Positions 58,321 through 64,000 of a DNA stretch of 64,000 nt are shown here, in pieces. The DNA comes from Patescibacteria group bacterium (GTDB taxonomy: Bacteria > Patescibacteriota > Gracilibacteria > UBA4473). The DNA lies in contig CBFIAK010000001.1 of NCBI GenBank assembly GCA_965660445.1, positions 672,001-736,000 of the forward strand, read 5' to 3'. Positions within the stretch are counted from its first letter, which is position 1. Each line of letters opens with the position of its first letter. Below the pieces are notes generated by a model. The model was not told the DNA's origin, searched no databases, and worked only from the letters and a program-made list of their open reading frames with translations. The position numbers and the translations under genes were made by a program.

Positions 58321-58438
58321 AGAAGCTCCTTATGTTATGTAGTTTTTGAGAAAACAGTTTTCTATTTCTCCCAAAACCCTCGATATACTGAAAAAGAACA
58401 AAATTATATAGAATACATCATAAATTCCGAAAATACAT

Positions 58439-59032
58439 TTATGGTCTTTTGGTAATTACTTTATCAATAATCCCATACTTTCCATACGATTGTGCTCGCT
58501 CGGCACTCATAAAAAAGTCTCGATCACAATCTTTTTCGACTTGAGCAATATCTTGTCCAGTCGTTTTACAGATCATATTATGGAGAAGTGTTTTTGTTTC
58601 TATAATATGATTTGCATGAATAGCAATATCTGATGCCTGACCTTCCATACCACCCAATGGTTGATGAATCATAACCTCTGAATGCGGAAGTGAAAACCGT
58701 TTTCCACGTTCTCCATGCATTAGAATCATAGCTCCCATAGAAGCAGCAATTCCCACACAAACGGTTGATACATTTGGTTTTACAAAATTCATAGTATCGA
58801 TAATAGCAAGTCCTGCAGAAACAGACCCTCCTGGAGAATTTATATAAATAGTAATATCTTTATCTGGGTTTTCTGATTCTAAAAAAAGTAATTGAGCAAT
58901 AATAAGATTCGCTACATTCGCATCAATAGCTGTTCCTAAAAAGATAATATTTTCTTTCAGAAGACGAGAATAGATATCAAACGCTCGCTCTCCTTCATGA
59001 GTTTTTTCGACAACAGTTGGGATAATGGTCAT
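58439..59032 (-). CDS. clpP: ATP-dependent Clp protease proteolytic subunit
   Basis: [43 protein letters not shown]; start ATG 59032. Confidence 0.97.
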   Translation of the reverse strand: MTIIPTVVEKTHEGERAFDIYSRLLKENIIFLGTAIDANVANLIIAQLLFLESENPDKDITIYINSPGGSVSAGLAIIDTMNFVKPNVSTVCVGIAASMGAMILMHGERGKRFSLPHSEVMIHQPLGGMEGQASDIAIHANHIIETKTLLHNMICKTTGQDIAQVEKDCDRDFFMSAERAQSYGKYGIIDKVITKRP

Positions 59033-59075
59033 AATCAAAAGAATAAAGAATCCATACAAGTATACCACACAATAT

Positions 59076-60239
59076 TTATTTTTTCGAATTCATTTTACGA
59101 GTCGAATAAAACTGAATCAATAAGAATAACGCTAAGATAACAACGAGAATTATTGTATAAGAAATAGGGGAGACTTTGGTCTCTTGTTCTGTAAATGAGC
59201 CGTCACATACATCTCCAATATTATCATTATCTAAATCTTCTTGTTGTGTATTGGCATCAAAAACACAATTATCGGTAATATCACCTACACCGTCAAAATC
59301 AACGTCACTTTGTGATATATTTTTTGCCTGCACTGCATTATCACATACATCACCCACACCATCTTCATCAGTATCTGTTTGGCGAGGATTGGAATGTTCA
59401 AAACAATTATCCCTTTCATTTGCGATACCATCTTGATCTGCATCTTCTGGGTAACGAGAATTCCATTTTTCTTTTGAAAGTCTAAACGCAGAAGCGCTAG
59501 GAATATTACTTCCTTGTACAAAAGAATTATAAGTGATTCTTTGATTATCCTTCCCCCCATAAGCTAATTGATATTGCATATTTGGCTGTGCTTCAAAATA
59601 AGCCGATATATTCAAAAATGAATAGACTCGAATATCATCGACAACTAATGAATTTCCCCACAGATAAACTTGCAAATACTGAACAGGGAAAGCCGATTGA
59701 AGATCATATTGATATTCATAGGATCTTTTTGAAACAATGGTTTTCATACTCTCTGGTGTTTGACCTCCTCGAATCAGTACTTCGTTTATAAAAGGTCCAC
59801 TGGCATCAAAAATCTCTATTCGACTTAAGAATTGTGGAGCACCTAAATCAAGAATAACAGAAGCAGGGTCATCTTTTGAACCGTCTTGGGGATCAAATCC
59901 AAAACTGGTCAGTGGATCATTATCAATAAGAATGCTAGCATCTGGTGTTTCTTCTCGAGCACTAGAGACTTCAAAAACTTTTAAATCACGAATACGAGTT
60001 GGTTTTTCGAAAAAAATATCATATAAAACTCCGTTATTATTTTGATCAAAAATATGAAAGTTTCGAACTTCTTTATTAACCTTACTCAGAACTTCTTTAT
60101 CAAATGTTATAGAGACCGTTTCTCCATTCCCCTCACCAAGAATATCTTTCACAAAAGGATATTGTGATATACCACGCGCAGAGACAAGTGTTGGTACAAG
60201 TAGTAAGGAAAGGAAGAAAGAAAGAATAATGTTTTTCAT
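59076..60239 (-). CDS. Surface protein with discoidin-like beta domain, thrombospondin type 3 repeats and C-terminal TM anchor
   Basis: Signal peptide; [31 protein letters not shown] repeats; [17 protein letters not shown]. Confidence 0.85.
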   Translation of the reverse strand: MKNIILSFFLSLLLVPTLVSARGISQYPFVKDILGEGNGETVSITFDKEVLSKVNKEVRNFHIFDQNNNGVLYDIFFEKPTRIRDLKVFEVSSAREETPDASILIDNDPLTSFGFDPQDGSKDDPASVILDLGAPQFLSRIEIFDASGPFINEVLIRGGQTPESMKTIVSKRSYEYQYDLQSAFPVQYLQVYLWGNSLVVDDIRVYSFLNISAYFEAQPNMQYQLAYGGKDNQRITYNSFVQGSNIPSASAFRLSKEKWNSRYPEDADQDGIANERDNCFEHSNPRQTDTDEDGVGDVCDNAVQAKNISQSDVDFDGVGDITDNCVFDANTQQEDLDNDNIGDVCDGSFTEQETKVSPISYTIILVVILALFLLIQFYSTRKMNSKK

Positions 60240-60268
60240 ACGTTCAGTAAAAAATTAAAAATAAAAAT

Positions 60269-60910
60269 TTAGGCTCTTTTGGCTTTTTCTTGGCGTTCAA
60301 TCATTTCTTTGATAGCCATAACTTGAACAATCGTTGATCGTTCTGCTTCTCCTAATTTCATAGAAATAAATTTAAGTGTATCTTTTAAATCAGGAATAAG
60401 ACGGTGTTCAAGAGCGTTTACTCGTCGTCTGGTTTTTTCGATTTCAAAAGCGAGGTTTTCGGCTGATTTCTCAATTTCAGCAAGAGTAAGAAGAATCTGA
60501 AATGCTTTTGAGAAACCTTTAATAGCAACATCAAGCTCTGATCGAGTTGAATACAAATCATAATCGAGTGCATTTCCAGAAGCATTTAATGAAAAATGAG
60601 GAATACGAGTAGACATAATATTTTTTGTTTCTACGCTTAACTCAAGCTTTTGAGCAGAATAAGAAAGAGTATTTTCAAGAACAGCTTTGTCAATATGAGA
60701 TTGAGCAAATAAAAACGCCATATTTACTTTTTTGAGTTCCGATTCAAATTCAGACCGTACTTCTTTCGCTTTTTTAATAATTTTAAGAAATTCTTGCATA
60801 AGTCCATCTTGCTTATCCTTTAAGAGTTTATGTCCTCGTTGAGCAACCTTAATTTGGTTTTTCAAAGAGAGGAGTGTCATACGAGTTGCGGTCACATTTT
60901 TTACAGCCAT
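60269..60910 (-). CDS. atpD: V/A-type ATP synthase subunit D (isolated)
   Basis: ATRMTLLSLK..AQRGHKLLKDKQDGL, EIEKTRRRVNALEH..IP; own promoter TTGACT-16-TACTAT. Confidence 0.92.
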   Translation of the reverse strand: MAVKNVTATRMTLLSLKNQIKVAQRGHKLLKDKQDGLMQEFLKIIKKAKEVRSEFESELKKVNMAFLFAQSHIDKAVLENTLSYSAQKLELSVETKNIMSTRIPHFSLNASGNALDYDLYSTRSELDVAIKGFSKAFQILLTLAEIEKSAENLAFEIEKTRRRVNALEHRLIPDLKDTLKFISMKLGEAERSTIVQVMAIKEMIERQEKAKRA

Positions 60911-61225
60911 AACAGAGAAAGAAAAAAAAGAAATTATTTCATGCGCAATAGTAGTTTCCTTATCAAAAAAGTCAAATAAACAAAGCACAAGGAAAACCAT
61001 TGTGAGAAAGATAAAAACGAGAATAAAAGACCTTTTCTTATTTAAGTTAAACCAAGATATATTGTGTTAACTAAAATAGATATTCCCCCTCTTCAATAGG
61101 TTTATAGAAAAAAAGAATGAAAGAATGAAATATATTTTAAAAAAATAAAAAAAAAGCGATGATAAAAAAAATCCTTTTTGATATTTGTTTTACACAATAA
61201 AATAAATATTGTATAATATAATTAT

Positions 61226-62554
61226 ATGGAAAAATCATTTCTCAATAGATTAAAAGAAAAACTCCCTTTCACACAGAGAGATCCCATCGTGGTTTCTTTG
61301 AGAGATGAGTCCGTAAAAATAGATGATGACAAGTTCCGCATACATACCAACAAAAAGACACAAGAACCCCAAAATATCAGCGACGCTGAAAAAGAAGCAC
61401 ACAAATTATCTCTTCGGTTTGATGATCGATTATTTGCAAAAAGAGAAAAAGCAGAAGGGATCACCATAGATTCCCCTTCTTCAAAAGATCTTGATGATGC
61501 AATTTATGTGGAGGACAATGGTGATAAATGGCTTATGCATGTCAGTATTGCTGATGTAGAAGCACTCGTAAAACCAGAGTCTTATATTGACAATGATGCT
61601 TTTGAAAAGGTATACACCCGATACAAAAGACATGGCAATGATCCCATGATTCCTCATATTCTTTCGGAAAACAAGCTGAGTTTGTTAGAGAACGAAAAAA
61701 GACCAACTATTACATTTGTTATTCCTGTTGATAAAAAAAGCGGGGCTATTTCTGATCCACGTATTCACAAAACATATGTAGAAAGTCAAAAAAGGTTTTC
61801 TTATGACGAAGTAGATAACCTTTTAAGAGACGAAAACACTACACATCCACTCAAACAACAATTACAGACACTCCAGAACGTCACACACAAAAGAATGCAA
61901 TCCAAAAAAGGAACTGGTTCACATGCATCAGGAAGCTCATCCCATAATATCGTTCAAGAAGCAATGCTTTTAGCGAATGAATCGGTTGCGCGGTATTGTG
62001 CGAAACATAATATTCCTATTCTTTTTCGGAACCAAACAAATGGCGATACAATAAACGCTTCACAAAAAATATCATGGGCAAAAAAGATGCTCTATAAAAC
62101 AATACAGGCATGTATACAAATATGTGAAAAACTTCATATTCCCCTCTTCTCTGAGTCATATGCACAACGAATACGAAAAATGTCACAGACTGAGTTTCAT
62201 AAAGAAGTACTCCACGCTGGAAAAAATCCAACAGATACGAATTCAACCGTTCAAAAATCAGTCCACACCATAATTGTTCCCCCAGCACAGTATAGCACTG
62301 AAGCAGAAGGTCATATGGGGCTTGATATGCCAGCTTACACACATGTTACATCCCCTATCAGACGATATGCAGATCTTGTAAATCACAGAATTCTATCAGC
62401 TATTGCTGAAAACTCAAATAATCCAAAAGCTGTACAAAAGAATGTTCCCTACTCTGAAGAAGAATTATCGGTAATAGCAGATCATATAAACAAAACCACA
62501 CAAAGAGATAAAGAAGAGCAAAAACAGCGAAAAATACAGAAAAAAGCAGCCTAG
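61226..62554 (+). CDS. RNB-domain (RNase II/R family) ribonuclease
   Basis: TIDSPSSKDLDDA, VSIADV, EAMLLAN, HMGL..YTHVTSPIRRYADLVNHR. Confidence 0.9.
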   Translation: MEKSFLNRLKEKLPFTQRDPIVVSLRDESVKIDDDKFRIHTNKKTQEPQNISDAEKEAHKLSLRFDDRLFAKREKAEGITIDSPSSKDLDDAIYVEDNGDKWLMHVSIADVEALVKPESYIDNDAFEKVYTRYKRHGNDPMIPHILSENKLSLLENEKRPTITFVIPVDKKSGAISDPRIHKTYVESQKRFSYDEVDNLLRDENTTHPLKQQLQTLQNVTHKRMQSKKGTGSHASGSSSHNIVQEAMLLANESVARYCAKHNIPILFRNQTNGDTINASQKISWAKKMLYKTIQACIQICEKLHIPLFSESYAQRIRKMSQTEFHKEVLHAGKNPTDTNSTVQKSVHTIIVPPAQYSTEAEGHMGLDMPAYTHVTSPIRRYADLVNHRILSAIAENSNNPKAVQKNVPYSEEELSVIADHINKTTQRDKEEQKQRKIQKKAA

Positions 62555-62647
62555 ACTCCCCTTTTGCATAAATCCCCTCTTTTCACAAGAAAAACCTTGA
62601 AAAAAAGGCTTTTTTAAGGTATAATGATATGATTTATTGTTTTAAAC

Positions 62648-64000
62648 ATGACAACAACTTCACACACAAAAACAGCTCCAAATCCTTTTCACAAAAGACC
62701 AATACGGAATAAAACACAAGAAAAAAGACACACACAAAGACGACTTATATTCGGAGCCCTTATTATAGGAGTTCTTGGTTCTTTCCAAAACCTTATACAT
62801 GAAGATTTTTTGGAACTCTGGCGTGCGAGTGTCTTAGATTACGCTCCTATTGAGTTTACAGGAACTGTATCTCCTATTGAAAAAGTACCAAACTGGACAG
62901 AGCTTTCTGATGCAGAACGAACAATGAACTATGATCAGTTAAAATCTCGATCAAAGCTCATCCCTATTCCTCGTTACAATATAAGTATTATTCAAAAAGG
63001 AAAAAATTATAACGGTGGAAGTGATATGCAACGAAATACGTTCATTACTTATTCTGTCCCCTACATGGGAAACTATATGCTTGACGGAACTCAAAACAGT
63101 GGATCACATCCCGGAGTTGATATAAAAACACCTATAGGCACACCCGTTCGAAGTATTGCAAATGGGATTGTTCATAAAGCTGAGTTTAGTCAATATGGAT
63201 CAGGAAACTATGTGACCATTGCTCATCCGGGAATGCCAGATCCAGAAAACCCAAGTCAAACAACAACTCTCTTTTCTTCGTATGCACACTTATCTTCTTT
63301 CAGTGTGAAAGAGGGTGATCGAGTAACAAAAGGTGATATAATTGGAAAAACAGGAAACAGTGGAATGACAACCGCTCCACATTTGCATTTTCAAATCGAT
63401 CGAGAAGATGCTCCATTCTATCCATATTGGCCTTTTACCTGGAATGATTTACAAAAAGCGGGACTGGCTTCTTTCTTTGATGGAGTTAAAAACGGAGTAG
63501 GAGCACGAAATGCAATCAAATACACGTACAATCCCATAGATGTACTTCATGCATTTGAAAACTACCAAGACAATAATTTAGTAGTTTCAGCAGATCCTGA
63601 TTTTACACCAGAAAAACCCCAAAAACCGAAAAATCAAACAAACAAAGAAACTCCAGCAGAAGAGACCAAGCCAGTAGAAAAAACTGAACCTACAAAAGAA
63701 ACCGTTCAAATAACGGATTCGAATAACACTGAAAACACACAGACTGTACAAAAAGAAGTTAAGGAAGAAAAACCAAATACTCCAATCATAGAACAACAAA
63801 CAACACAGCGAGATAGACCTATAAAAATGAGAATTGATGAAAACGCGATTGTATTTGAAGACATACAAACATACATCCCCAATACACCACAACGAATAAA
63901 ACTGCTTATTAAAGAAGAGGATTTAATTGTCTCAAGCGAGCCAATTCAAGTTACAACAACACTGAGAGGTTTAAATGATGTAACACCAAAAACACTTACT
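62648..64000 (+). CDS. M23 family metallopeptidase (partial, runs off right edge)
   Basis: Not in ORF track; hand translation gives TM anchor, HPGVDIKTPIGTPV, YAHLS, GNSGMTTAPHLHFQ; promoter TTGAAA-17-TATAAT upstream. Confidence 0.92.
   Translation, partial: MTTTSHTKTAPNPFHKRPIRNKTQEKRHTQRRLIFGALIIGVLGSFQNLIHEDFLELWRASVLDYAPIEFTGTVSPIEKVPNWTELSDAERTMNYDQLKSRSKLIPIPRYNISIIQKGKNYNGGSDMQRNTFITYSVPYMGNYMLDGTQNSGSHPGVDIKTPIGTPVRSIANGIVHKAEFSQYGSGNYVTIAHPGMPDPENPSQTTTLFSSYAHLSSFSVKEGDRVTKGDIIGKTGNSGMTTAPHLHFQIDREDAPFYPYWPFTWNDLQKAGLASFFDGVKNGVGARNAIKYTYNPIDVLHAFENYQDNNLVVSADPDFTPEKPQKPKNQTNKETPAEETKPVEKTEPTKETVQITDSNNTENTQTVQKEVKEEKPNTPIIEQQTTQRDRPIKMRIDENAIVFEDIQTYIPNTPQRIKLLIKEEDLIVSSEPIQVTTTLRGLNDVTPKTLT

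Noticed and set aside
63587-63892. 101-aa hydrophobic minus-strand ORF
   Set aside because: Antisense shadow of the K/E/T-rich linker of the M23 peptidase gene

Overview
AT-rich, compact bacterial chromosome segment, most likely from a Patescibacteria/CPR organism resembling Peregrinibacteria. The lineage call is inference from short HrcA/MiaA/ProS, alpha2-type GlyRS, orphan solute-binding proteins and the absence of amino-acid or nucleotide biosynthesis operons. TGA is used as a stop (code 11), so it is not a code-25 Gracilibacteria. The window is mainly scattered housekeeping genes (gyrA, trpS, yqgF, secG, rsmA, hup, pheS, rpoD, hrcA, priA, dnaX, mutL, miaA, secDF, ligA, rpsF/R, truB, hppA, pgk, gatB, rnhA, proS, trxA, glyQS, rpsB, tsf, iscS, clpP), one tRNA-Arg(CCT) and many secreted or surface proteins. 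I found no CRISPR array, IS or prophage. Most unusual observations: (1) a pore-less voltage-sensor-like S1-S4 domain fused to a bacterial PH-domain membrane module; (2) six orphan ORFs with canonical AGGAG Shine-Dalgarno sites, while the core genes checked, including ribosomal proteins, have none; (3) an unannotated promoter-to-terminator ~145-nt transcript carrying an anti-SD/anti-AUG segment, with an 11-nt perfect complement to the RBS of one of those orphans; (4) SecD with an inserted parvulin PPIase; (5) a membrane pyrophosphatase with substituted conserved acidic residues; (6) a toxin-less, leaderless RelB/DinJ-like regulator with a palindromic operator; (7) a Kazal+Kunitz-like lipoprotein. 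All family calls come from motif recognition by eye; no database searches were run.
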